In this document: positions 39,826-49,557 of the stretch, in pieces
How positions within the stretch are numbered: the first letter of the stretch is position 1
How the letters are laid out: the number at the start of each line of letters is the position of its first letter
Source: Candidatus Helarchaeota archaeon
Lineage (GTDB): Archaea; Asgardarchaeota; Lokiarchaeia; Helarchaeales; RDOG01
Direction: 5' to 3'
Assembly (NCBI GenBank): GCA_019058315.1
Contig: JAHPZH010000002.1
Location: 941,910-1,005,909 of the forward strand
DNA length: 64,000 nt
The notes under the pieces: model-generated
Seen by the model: only the letters and a program-made list of their open reading frames with translations
Told to the model about the DNA's origin: nothing
Databases searched by the model: none
Position numbers and translations under genes: made by a program

Positions 39826-40147
39826 AGATAAACTATCCCACTCAATTATCCAGTTTTACCTAATTTTCTTCTATACAATGTTTGGCATTTTTAAAGTTTT
39901 TCATAATTTATCATTTTATATACTTTGGAGGAAAAATCAAAATAAATTCAAACGAAATAGTTAAAATCTTTTAGCTTTATAATTTTCTTTTCTAAAGCAG
40001 ATAATATTTCACTATATTCTTCACTAAACCTTAAATCTGCAAAATTTTCGAGTATAGTTATTTCATGATAAATTATAATTAACTTAGCTCTTTTCTTTTT
40101 TGCCAACGTTTGAAAATTGCCAGCTGCTTTTGTAACGGGGCATTCTT

Positions 40148-41077
40148 TTAGTCTAATTTAAATCTGGGGAATAGAGCAAGAATATTATCTCTCTCAATAG
40201 CTCTATGTTGCTGTAAATCGAATCCATCATATTTTTCAAATTCTTTAATTAATATGGATGTAAGTGGTTCGGGAAGAAATGGATAATCGCTACCAAAGAG
40301 AATATGGGATGGATCCGCTAACTCTTGAAGAGATCTTAAAGAATATGGAGTCGAAGAGAGTGCAAGATCATAATATAAACGTTTGAGGTATTTTATAACT
40401 CTCTTTTCTCCAAATGAAATTCTCCATGTTAGAAATGGAACCGCCCCTCCTGCATGTGGAAAAATGAAACGGATATTTGGGAACTTTTTCAAAGTCTGGT
40501 TATAAACGAGATTAGCCACAGCTCGAGTTGTATCAAAAACAAATTCCATTACCGCAGGCGGGACCTTAGTATTGGGTAATTTTTCTTTTGGAGGAGTATT
40601 TGGATGCACAAAAACTACGGCGTTTCTACGATTCAATTCATTATAAAGATCGTTTAATTCCGAATCTCCAAGATAATGCTCATCTACATTCGAAAGTAAT
40701 CCAACTCCATCTAATTTCAGAGTATCTAATGCATATTCCAATTCAAGTAGAGAGGCATTTATATCGGGTAATGGTAAAACTGCAAATGCCCCAAACCGTT
40801 TTGGGTATTTTTTAATAAGATCAGCTGAGAACTCGTTACAATGACGAGCCAATTTTCTGGTAAAATCGGTCTCTCTAAAATAAATTCCTGGAGCAGAAAT
40901 TGATACTACTGCTGCTTCGATATTTTGTCTATCCATAAATTTAATTGAGCTTTCTACATCCCATTCTGGGAAGTTTATGCCCGCACTTTTAATAATGCCT
41001 TTTTTAGCTAAAGATGAAATATATTCAGGTGGTAAAATATGATGATGAACGTCTATTTTTGGGGGAATGGTTGACAT
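40148..41077 (-). CDS. Amidohydrolase_2 family (ACMSD/decarboxylase-like)
   Basis: IDVHHH, VFVHP, FDTTRA, PHAGG, FGSDYPF. Confidence 0.9.
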   Translation of the reverse strand: MSTIPPKIDVHHHILPPEYISSLAKKGIIKSAGINFPEWDVESSIKFMDRQNIEAAVVSISAPGIYFRETDFTRKLARHCNEFSADLIKKYPKRFGAFAVLPLPDINASLLELEYALDTLKLDGVGLLSNVDEHYLGDSELNDLYNELNRRNAVVFVHPNTPPKEKLPNTKVPPAVMEFVFDTTRAVANLVYNQTLKKFPNIRFIFPHAGGAVPFLTWRISFGEKRVIKYLKRLYYDLALSSTPYSLRSLQELADPSHILFGSDYPFLPEPLTSILIKEFEKYDGFDLQQHRAIERDNILALFPRFKLD

Positions 41078-41229
41078 TACATAAACTCCAGTTTAATAAT
41101 TTATTACGAATTAATATATTCAATATATTTTTATTTTCTTTGTTATTTTCGTAAATATTTTTGCCAAATAAAAAAAGAAAGAAATTTAGATGGAATTGAA
41201 CGACATTGTATTAAAAGTTTAAGATATTG

Positions 41230-41772
41230 TTAAATATATGATTGAATTAACAAATTCTGACCGTAACCAGCTGCGGGATAACCAACCCGGACTGAAGCAC
41301 CACCACTAATACTGGCTTGTATTTGTATTGTATGCGTACCTGGCTTTACACCCGTTACTACAGTTTGTAAAGATATTGAAGTCCAATTATTATTCAGACC
41401 TGTTCTTATAAGTCCTACTGGACTTCCATCAACAAGGAATTGGAGAGAATACATATTAATACCATTTACTATAAGTACTTCAGACATGAAGCAGAGGTAA
41501 AGATTTACATCTTCGATACCTGTTATTACTATTGTTGCTGATGCACCGAGTATTAAGGTGCCAGAAGTTATATCCGAACCTGAATAAGAAATAAACCAAG
41601 TTTCTAGTATTTCTGTTGGGGGATCTAACCATTCTGTTAAAAGAATATAACTAGTAAGGGGATCCACACTTCTTGGGCGTAATCTATCGTAGATTTCAAA
41701 ATATCCAAAGCCAAATGTAGTCAAACCAACTACTAAAGCAATTATAGATAATGCAGTTGCTCCTTTAGACAT
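41230..41772 (-). CDS. N-terminally anchored beta-sandwich protein
   Basis: Paralog-like to 6175..6714 (F.VDG, PGTH). Confidence 0.7.
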   Translation of the reverse strand: MSKGATALSIIALVVGLTTFGFGYFEIYDRLRPRSVDPLTSYILLTEWLDPPTEILETWFISYSGSDITSGTLILGASATIVITGIEDVNLYLCFMSEVLIVNGINMYSLQFLVDGSPVGLIRTGLNNNWTSISLQTVVTGVKPGTHTIQIQASISGGASVRVGYPAAGYGQNLLIQSYI

Positions 41773-41959
41773 TTAAATATCACCTCATAATTTTATACAT
41801 GAGATTCTATTTAAGTTTTAATTGTAATTAGAATCTTATTTCAAATTAAGATTTTAAATGCTAATGATTATAAGAATTTAGATGTTTTAAGTATCTCATA
41901 CTATTCAAGCTATTGTTTATTTAAATTAATCCAATACCCTAAAAAATTGTTTCAAATTA

Positions 41960-42565
41960 TTAATTCTCATTTTCTTCTTCAATGATTAATTCTTTGTCAG
42001 GAGTTATGATTTTAACTGCGAAACCTTTAATTTTTTTACTTTGCTTTCCTAACCAATCTTTCATTTGTATTAAAGGTTTTTTAACTGGTTCTAATTTATT
42101 AATGAATTCTCTGATTGGATTTCTACGTCTCTTAATTGAAATTACTTCCTCGGAAAACCCAATTTCATGATTAATAATCTCCCGAACATCTTTCGAAAAA
42201 GGTTCAAATACTCTAACATTGCCTTTGTATGCTGAAATTTCGTCTCTATACTGTTGCTCAAATGCATCTGCAACTTTATGGAGAACGTTTTTAATTTTAG
42301 TTAATTTATCTTGTAGATCAGAAATAGAAATGTATAATAATTTCATATCACTAGTGATCCCTGTCACATACACTATTCTTGTTGAAGACAAACGAATCTC
42401 ATCAATTCTTTCGCTTCGAGTTTCCTCACTTAAATCATCTATGGCTTTTAAAAATCCAGAGAATAGATTTTGATCAATTCTCTCTGATTTATCCACCTCT
42501 ATAAGATCCAAAGTAAACAGAGGTATTCCCGAATTCTGGTCTATGATATATATACTTTCAATCAT
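41960..42565 (-). CDS. Stand-alone longin-like domain protein
   Basis: IYIIDQNSGIPLF..DQNLFSGFLKAI..FEQQY..GNVRVFEPF. Confidence 0.75.
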   Translation of the reverse strand: MIESIYIIDQNSGIPLFTLDLIEVDKSERIDQNLFSGFLKAIDDLSEETRSERIDEIRLSSTRIVYVTGITSDMKLLYISISDLQDKLTKIKNVLHKVADAFEQQYRDEISAYKGNVRVFEPFSKDVREIINHEIGFSEEVISIKRRRNPIREFINKLEPVKKPLIQMKDWLGKQSKKIKGFAVKIITPDKELIIEEENEN

Positions 42566-42871
42566 TTTGTATTGGACTCCTATTTTAAAAAATTAAAATA
42601 ATAGTTATATTTAACCTTTAGATTAAATTATTCATTTAGGAATTTCAACAAGTTTTGATTTCCATTGCAATCTTAAATTATTAGAATATAATAAAGATAA
42701 ATGAGATTTTCTTTTTTAAAATCTGATTTTAATAAAGGGAAATAAACATAAATTTAAATAAATTTTTATTATTTTTAATATATCATTAGGATGGTTGAAT
42801 TTCTAATTTTAGGCTTTGAAATGTCAAAATTAGGGTTTTAATCACAATAATACTAAAATTGGTGAAAAATA

Positions 42872-43027
42872 TTGGATACAGGAAGAAAAGATGAACGTGG
42901 TAGAGAGCTATACAAAGTGACTTGTGCAGATTGTGGCAAGGAAACCGAAGTTCCATTTAAACCAGACGGATCAAGGCCTGTATATTGCAGGGATTGTTAT
43001 AGGAAACAAAGACCTAAAAGGTATTAG
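42872..43027 (+). CDS. CxxC-x17-CxxC zinc-ribbon small protein (not in ORF track)
   Basis: TTG start after GGTGA; MDTGRKDERGRELYKVTCADCGKETEVPFKPDGSRPVYCRDCYRKQRPKRY. Confidence 0.9.
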   Translation: MDTGRKDERGRELYKVTCADCGKETEVPFKPDGSRPVYCRDCYRKQRPKRY

Positions 43028-43122
43028 AAAATTAATGTCATGTAAAACGAATTAAAGTCATTATATCTTTCTATTTAAATCAATTTTTTTATTTTAAATT
43101 AATTAATATTATTTAATTCTGC

Positions 43123-43854
43123 TCAGGTTTTCCAGACTTCGTCTAAATATTTCATTAGGACGAAATTTTCAACATCTCTTAGAGATTTTATTGAATTATC
43201 CTCCCGAAGTGCTGTTTCCATACTTTTTTGAATATCTTCATTTATCTTTAATTTTTTTGCTTTATATTTCAATAATTCTATTTTGACATCTATGGACGGA
43301 TCGGGGAATTCAATTTCATATAAACGGTCACGAATAGCATTATCAATAAGGTCTACTCGGTTAGAAGTTAATAGAATAAATTCTTTAGCGGTATTAAGAT
43401 TATCAATTTGGTGGAAAAATACATTCAAATGCCCTAGATACCAAGCTTCCAGCTTTATTCCCCAATCTCTAGTTATAAACAAGCCATCAGCGTCATCAAA
43501 CATATATATTATCGGAGAAATTTTTTTAGTTTTCTCCTGTCCACGTTTAAACACATTTCTAATTCTCTGTTCAGTCTCTCCGTATTTATGATGTGCAAGA
43601 TGTCCACAATCAGTGAAAATCATATTTTTCTGCCAAATATCTTCAGCTCCAATTTCAGTAACAACCCGTTCAATGACTTTAAGCGCTGTTATTGTTTTAC
43701 CATTTCCCGGAACGCCATAGAATAAGACTCCTTTTATTCCATCGGTAATTCGATTATCATATTGATGTTTTATTAAGGAAACACATTTAGAACAAACCTC
43801 GTTATGAAATGTTCCTAGTAGAGGTGTATCTTGTAATTCTTCTATTCGAACCAT
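43123..43854 (-). CDS. Single-domain AAA+ ATPase
   Basis: Walker A GVPGNGKT, Walker B YMFDDAD, SRH TSNRVDLIDNAIRDR. Confidence 0.85.
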   Translation of the reverse strand: MVRIEELQDTPLLGTFHNEVCSKCVSLIKHQYDNRITDGIKGVLFYGVPGNGKTITALKVIERVVTEIGAEDIWQKNMIFTDCGHLAHHKYGETEQRIRNVFKRGQEKTKKISPIIYMFDDADGLFITRDWGIKLEAWYLGHLNVFFHQIDNLNTAKEFILLTSNRVDLIDNAIRDRLYEIEFPDPSIDVKIELLKYKAKKLKINEDIQKSMETALREDNSIKSLRDVENFVLMKYLDEVWKT

Positions 43855-43965
43855 TTAAGCCACAGCTCTATTGTTGGCATAATTAGCTAATAATTTTAAA
43901 TTTTTGTGAAATATTAAAATTTAATATAATTAAAAATATTTTTAATTGCTAATTTACATTTTTAG

Positions 43966-44658
43966 ATGATTAATATGAATAATGAGGAATATGAAGATAC
44001 ACCACCGGAGAAAATGACTATCTCCATAATGCTTCGCTTGGTAGGATTAGCATTCATTTCTGGAGCTCTACTGGGACAAGCAATCGATTTTGCCTACCCT
44101 ATGTTTGGTGCTTTGCATTATCATGATCCTACTATACAAATTCCAAGTCTGGGTATTGAATTTTGCTGGTGGATCCCGATCTTGTATGGGACTGCTGGAG
44201 TTATATTAATGCTTGGATATGTGTTATTTGATAGATGGACACATCAGAAACCACGCGGAGGGTTTAACCCGAGATGGAGATTTGTACTTGCAGGAATAGG
44301 ACTTTTTGCCCTACAATTTTACGGAGGACCCTTTTTGTATGGTATAGGAGTCCCCAATTTTTGGCTCTTTTTTATCACAGTTTCGACTGGTCTACTTGTT
44401 TGGTGGGTGTTTGACCGGACGTATGGAGGTTTATTCATGCTCTTTCTGGTCGCCACTATTGGACCTTTACTTGAGTTCACAATGATTAACGTTCTAAATC
44501 TTTACCATTACTCCGGACCGGATATAGTTGGTCTCCCTCTGTGGATTATAGGCGCATATATGTGCGGGGCCGCTCCCAATGGCATCTTGGCTCGTAAATA
44601 TCTTGTTTATCTCCAAAAAACCAAGTCGAAAGATCTTGTAAAGGGAAAAGAACTCTAG
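43966..44658 (+). CDS. Six-TM membrane protein (possibly INSIG-like)
   Basis: Internally duplicated TM unit: LHY.DP..WWIP and YHY..PD..GLPLWI. Confidence 0.6.
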   Translation: MINMNNEEYEDTPPEKMTISIMLRLVGLAFISGALLGQAIDFAYPMFGALHYHDPTIQIPSLGIEFCWWIPILYGTAGVILMLGYVLFDRWTHQKPRGGFNPRWRFVLAGIGLFALQFYGGPFLYGIGVPNFWLFFITVSTGLLVWWVFDRTYGGLFMLFLVATIGPLLEFTMINVLNLYHYSGPDIVGLPLWIIGAYMCGAAPNGILARKYLVYLQKTKSKDLVKGKEL

Positions 44659-44736
44659 TTAAAATTACAATTTAGTTGAAATTCATTTTTTTTTGTAACT
44701 TCAAAATAATAAAATCCAAGTACATGGGAAATTCTA

Positions 44737-45396
44737 ATGAGCCAAAAAAAAAAGATATTTTTTAAGGTTGTAATAATTGGAGATTCTGGTTCAGGGAAGA
44801 CTTCTTTATTATATAGATATTTTCCACATAATTGGGGAATATATGCTACGCTAGGAGTTAATATAGAAAACAAGAAAATCGAAAGTGCTAAAAATAAGAA
44901 TATATCATTTTCATTTTGGGAAATAGTGGGAGATCCAAAAAAATATGACTCAGTATTTTTTAAAAAATTATATGCTGGAGCAAAAGGCATTATATTAATA
45001 TTTGACGTTGGAAATACAGAATCTTTTAGAAATCTTTCTTATTGGCTAAATGATATCAATAAATACATTGATTATGAATTTGCTGGAATCCTAGTAGGAA
45101 ATAAGATGGATAGGGCAGATCGAAAAATAACTTATTCACAAGGTCAAAAATTTGCAGATAAAATTGGCTTTGAATATATCGAAACATCTGCAAAGACAAA
45201 TATAAATGTAAAGGAAGCATTTCAATACATTATTGAGGAAATTTTACATCCTAAAAAAGAAAAAATAAATGAAATTGTAAAAAGGATTAAATATATTGAA
45301 TCATTACTTAAAGAAAAAAGTTTAAAATTAGAAGATTATCAACACCTAAAAAAAGAATTAGATGATCTCTCTGAAAAATTAGAAAAAATTTCATAA
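44737..45396 (+). CDS. Rab-like small GTPase with C-terminal helical tail
   Basis: G1 GDSGSGKT, G2 ATLG, G3 FWEIVG, G4 GNKMD, G5 ETSAK. Confidence 0.92.
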   Translation: MSQKKKIFFKVVIIGDSGSGKTSLLYRYFPHNWGIYATLGVNIENKKIESAKNKNISFSFWEIVGDPKKYDSVFFKKLYAGAKGIILIFDVGNTESFRNLSYWLNDINKYIDYEFAGILVGNKMDRADRKITYSQGQKFADKIGFEYIETSAKTNINVKEAFQYIIEEILHPKKEKINEIVKRIKYIESLLKEKSLKLEDYQHLKKELDDLSEKLEKIS

Positions 45397-45490
45397 TTTT
45401 AAGGAAAAAATTAAAGTGAATAAAATTCTTGTTTAAAAATAAGAAAAAAGAGAATAGTTTATTTTAATATTAAAGAGAAAGAGTGATTAT

Positions 45491-46579
45491 TTGTTTCAAA
45501 TAAATTTTGTTGAATTAACCTCGTTATTTCTCTATATTGTGTTTGCTTTTAATTCATTTTTTCTCGCATTCATGTTTTTCTTAAAGTTAAAGCGAGCGAG
45601 GGGATCTGGAATCGATCTAACACCATTTTTGGGGTTAGAAATTTTTTTGCTTCTTTTTGGTTTAGTACATATAGTGTGGGCATATTACCATTTCTATATT
45701 TACACATTTGAGTTAGCATTATATGGATTTGATTTTGAATTAGTAGGTATCTACAAAGTTTCTATTTTAATGACATATTTGGGACTTATAGGGTTTATTT
45801 TCTTTTCGGAAAAAATGGTGGGAAAAACCAAATTTATATTCACTTTTTTTAGTATTGGTTGTTGTATTTATGGAATATTTTTCACATTTACAATACAAGA
45901 CTTACGATTATTTACTTATTTCACTAATCCGGTTAATGTGACCGTTATATTCGCAAGTTTTTTATATACTCTTGTATTTAAAACGAAAGGGAAGATTCGG
46001 CAAAAAATGGCATTTAGTTTTATAGCTTTTTTAGGTTTTACTTTCTTTTTTGTTCTCGACACAAATATAGGTAGAAATCTTTTAAAATTACCTATCGAGG
46101 TCACATCTGTAATAGCGAAAATTGGTTTAATAATTACTTTAAATATTCAAGGAATCATTTTTCTCAGTTTTGAAACATTTACAGAGTTTGGGTGGAAGGA
46201 AAGACTAAAAGAACTTTATATTATTGCTCCTAGTGGAGCAACTCTTTTTCACCATTCTTTTATATCCAATATAGAAACTCCAACTCATGACTTAATATCA
46301 AGTGGTCTTATAGGAGTAAAGGGGATCTTGGGTGAGATCATGGAAAGTAGACAACATTTAAAAATTGTGGACCATGAAGATGTAAAAATTATTTTTGAAT
46401 ATGGTCGATATACCACAATGGCTCTAATTGTTTATGAAAATCTAAGTATTTACCACTCAAAACTAGCATCCCTAAGCAATCAATTTGAGGATTTATTTCA
46501 AGATATTCTTGCAAATTGGGCCGGTGAAATTGAGGTCTTCCTCCCAACAAAACGATTAATAGAAAAAACCTTTGATTAA
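45491..46579 (+). CDS. 7TM membrane protein with C-terminal longin-like domain
   Basis: About 7 TM segments, then SGATLFHHSF..HDLISSGLIGV..FEYGRY..FEDLF. Confidence 0.8.
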   Translation: MFQINFVELTSLFLYIVFAFNSFFLAFMFFLKLKRARGSGIDLTPFLGLEIFLLLFGLVHIVWAYYHFYIYTFELALYGFDFELVGIYKVSILMTYLGLIGFIFFSEKMVGKTKFIFTFFSIGCCIYGIFFTFTIQDLRLFTYFTNPVNVTVIFASFLYTLVFKTKGKIRQKMAFSFIAFLGFTFFFVLDTNIGRNLLKLPIEVTSVIAKIGLIITLNIQGIIFLSFETFTEFGWKERLKELYIIAPSGATLFHHSFISNIETPTHDLISSGLIGVKGILGEIMESRQHLKIVDHEDVKIIFEYGRYTTMALIVYENLSIYHSKLASLSNQFEDLFQDILANWAGEIEVFLPTKRLIEKTFD

Positions 46580-46649
46580 ATTCATGTGAATTTAAGAAAT
46601 CTGTAAAAATGTAATTAATATTAATCCGTATATTATAAAGGGAATTAAA

Positions 46650-47336
46650 TTGTCTCCTGATATCAGTAAAGATCCGAGAATTTTAATGGTAGAGCATGTA
46701 TTAAAGAGATTAAAAGACCTAACCGTTAACAAGAGGTATAAGCTTCCAGCTAGCAAGGAAAATACAATGGAAGCGATTTCTAAATTAAATTCTGCAATTA
46801 AAACGATAAGATATAGTTATACAGCTCCTTTAGAACTTGTAGATAATCAAGTCGTAAAAGAATTTGATTTAATGACAAATCAATTTTGGGATGCAATATT
46901 AAAAAATTATGGAGAAATCGAGAAAAATAAATTAATGGCAGCGGAGTTAAAATTTATTTTTAATATTTTAAAAGGTTTTAGAGAAAGATTAAGGATGGGC
47001 AATGAAATTTCAATAGAAAAATCGATAGATCTAATCGCAGTTAAAATTGTAGCTGTTACGAAATTGGATCAGAACTTGAAACTATGCCGAGTTGGTGACG
47101 GGAAGGGAATTATTACGATAATTACAAATTTATCCGAAATTAAGAAAGATATGGTGGTTCCTGCCGCAATATTACCTCCTCGAGAATTCGGAGCTGAAGT
47201 GAGTGAGGCAATGTTCTGTTCTGGCAAGGATCTGCTTGAAATGCATGATCATGTAGGAGAATATGTTTCTAATCTACCAGATACTGATTTAAAAGAAGTA
47301 AAACATACTATCGTGAATTTATTGAAAGATATTTAA
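46650..47336 (+). CDS. Archaeal tRNA-binding protein (helical N-terminus plus EMAPII/Trbp OB fold)
   Basis: DISKDPRI; LKLCRVGDG..IITNL..AAILPPREFGAEVSEAMF. Confidence 0.75.
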   Translation: MSPDISKDPRILMVEHVLKRLKDLTVNKRYKLPASKENTMEAISKLNSAIKTIRYSYTAPLELVDNQVVKEFDLMTNQFWDAILKNYGEIEKNKLMAAELKFIFNILKGFRERLRMGNEISIEKSIDLIAVKIVAVTKLDQNLKLCRVGDGKGIITIITNLSEIKKDMVVPAAILPPREFGAEVSEAMFCSGKDLLEMHDHVGEYVSNLPDTDLKEVKHTIVNLLKDI

Positions 47337-47440
47337 GATTTTAGCATTTTTTGAATTCAGAACATTAAATAAAAAAATGATGTTTTATAAAAAGAATTTA
47401 AAGAAAATTACTCACTGAAATAAGGAGGATAATAATTAAA

Positions 47441-48790
47441 ATGAGTTCAAAATCTACAGGGCTCTCGGTAGAGACAGTTCGTGTTATTGTATTTAAAGAT
47501 GGATATTGTATGTTTGTGAAGAAGGCCAAAGGTAGGGTTGATTCTACTAATAGAGCAATTATAAATAATGTTCCCGAGTCAATGGTTCTTGGATCATTCT
47601 GGGCAATTCCAGTTAATGGAAATTTAGCTAATATTATTGCGAAACAACAAATTATTACTCGGAAAGCGAAACAAGAAAAAGAAAAATGTCTTTTACTTAA
47701 ATTTAATGCAGATATGTCAGATAAAGATGTTGAAGTAGTTTTAAATTATTTTGGACCTGGAATTCGATGGATTCCTACTTATAGAATTACATTAGAAAAT
47801 GATGAACAATGTCACTTGATGATGCAAGCTGTTGTTCTCAATGAAGCTGAGGATCTTGATGATATTCCAATGGATCTAGTTGTGGGAGTTCCAAACTTTC
47901 GTTTTAAACAAATAATCTCACCAATGAGTCTAGAAGCGACTCTTCGAAATCCCCTCCAACAAATTGCTCCCCAACTTGAATCACAAACTCTTGGAAACGT
48001 TGTTATGACGCAACGAATGGGATATATGCCAGAAAGTGGACCTGCAATAGGAGGTACTCCTTCAACAGTTCCGGCATTGCCTTCTGAGCTAAGTGGAGAA
48101 GGATCCCAAGACTTATTTCTTTATAAAATACCAAAGATTTCGTTATTTGTGGGTGAGAGGGCAGTTATACCCTTAGTTTCTACTAAACAATCATTTCAAC
48201 ATCTTTATACCTGGGAAGTTCACCTAAGTCGATCAAGTGTGGATTTAATGCCAGGAAGTGTAAGTATTTCACCGATAAAATTAACTAGAAATGAGATCTG
48301 GCACCAAATAGAACTAACTAACCAAACTGAGGTCCCTTGGACAACAGGGGCTGCTTTAATCATGGAAAAGCTTCTACCAGTTGCTCAAGAATTATTAACT
48401 TATACTCCGATTGGTGGTATAGTCCGGATACCCCTTTCAGTTGCGATTGACATTAGAGGAAATTATTTTGAAGAGGAATTAACCCGTGAACCCAAAGCAA
48501 TTCATTTTGACAGAGATGATTATGCTAAAATAACAAAAAAAGGAACACTAAATGTAATTAATTATAAAGATAAAACCATAGATCTAATAATCAAATGCGA
48601 GTTTGGTGGCAACGCGAACCAAGCCTCACATGATGGTAAAATAAAAATATCCGATTTCCAAAATGACGATTGGACCGATTTTCGTGGGGCAAGGGCACTT
48701 ACTGGTCATAGTTCAATTCAATGGAAACTCCAATTTGCACCAAAAGAAAAACGAGAAGTAACGTTTAAATATCATTATTATATCAGGTAA
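47441..48790 (+). CDS. DUF4139-like protein
   Basis: VIVFKDG, GIRWIPTYRI, DLFLYKI, VPWTTG..LTYTP. Confidence 0.6.
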   Translation: MSSKSTGLSVETVRVIVFKDGYCMFVKKAKGRVDSTNRAIINNVPESMVLGSFWAIPVNGNLANIIAKQQIITRKAKQEKEKCLLLKFNADMSDKDVEVVLNYFGPGIRWIPTYRITLENDEQCHLMMQAVVLNEAEDLDDIPMDLVVGVPNFRFKQIISPMSLEATLRNPLQQIAPQLESQTLGNVVMTQRMGYMPESGPAIGGTPSTVPALPSELSGEGSQDLFLYKIPKISLFVGERAVIPLVSTKQSFQHLYTWEVHLSRSSVDLMPGSVSISPIKLTRNEIWHQIELTNQTEVPWTTGAALIMEKLLPVAQELLTYTPIGGIVRIPLSVAIDIRGNYFEEELTREPKAIHFDRDDYAKITKKGTLNVINYKDKTIDLIIKCEFGGNANQASHDGKIKISDFQNDDWTDFRGARALTGHSSIQWKLQFAPKEKREVTFKYHYYIR

Positions 48791-48859
48791 TTCTCCCAAC
48801 TCTTTTTTTTGCTCTATTCTTTATTTTTGTTATTAAATGATTATAAAAAACATTAAATT

Positions 48860-49060
48860 CTAAAAAAGATTGAAAATTGTGGTCAATGCTCCAAATACTA
48901 TTGCCTCAAAATTAAGAGAGCATTTGAAATTAATGAAGCGAACATTAAAAAATTTAGAAAAATCTTATCAAAAAAAGAATATGAGACGTGTTATAACGCT
49001 TATTTCTTAAAAAAAGAGCATTTAGATAGGGAAATAGAAAAAAAAATTAACATTTTTTAA
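48860..49060 (+). pseudogene. Orphan 3' fragment of a Cys-rich (DUF3795-like) gene
   Basis: KKIENCGQCSKYYCLKIKRAF...AYFLKKEHLD...*; no start codon or N-terminal half. Confidence 0.5.
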
Positions 49061-49073
49061 AGGTATAAATATC

Positions 49074-49511
49074 TCATAAACAATAACCGACAACTTCAGT
49101 TAATAAGGTCTTAGTTCTTATGTAAGTTCCGGAACCTCTGCCAATTTGTTGTCCATTTGAGTCAAAAATAATAGATTCTGCTATAAAATAGCTTTTTCCT
49201 CTATATACTACGTTGCCAACAGCTTGTAACACGCCGGAATCGATAGGGTGTATAAAATAAATCGTATAATTTCCTGTTAATAGGAAATAATCCGAAACAA
49301 GCGATTGAGCACTAAAAAAGCCTGCATCATCTGCTGCTTTAAAATAAACGGAACCATGAGTTGTTCTACCTGCTTGATAAAATTTTTCAGTAATTGGTAT
49401 ATATATTTCAGCTTTTGCTTTGGAAACTTTAATTTTTAAATTATAATATTCATTGCATGGGGCTATTAAATACATATGTTCTAATTTACGAAAATGGGTT
49501 TCTTTATCCAT
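49074..49511 (-). CDS. PaaI-family hotdog thioesterase
   Basis: THGSVYFKAADDA; GRGSGTY. Confidence 0.85.
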   Translation of the reverse strand: MDKETHFRKLEHMYLIAPCNEYYNLKIKVSKAKAEIYIPITEKFYQAGRTTHGSVYFKAADDAGFFSAQSLVSDYFLLTGNYTIYFIHPIDSGVLQAVGNVVYRGKSYFIAESIIFDSNGQQIGRGSGTYIRTKTLLTEVVGYCL

Positions 49512-49557
49512 ATTTCATCTCTCCCATATGATTTAATTTTTATTTTTTAAAATTTTT

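Noticed and set aside
39949-40146. Open minus-strand frame (ECPVTKAAGNF...) and a 10-bp match AGAATGCCCC to the IS left end
   Set aside because: No recognisable family, no convincing start and no hairpin.
42011-42021. TTTAACTGCGA partial match
   Set aside because: Inside the longin CDS with no left arm.
47033-47044. Reverse-strand right-arm match AATCGCAGTTAA
   Set aside because: Inside a CDS (codons IAVK) with no left arm; likely chance.
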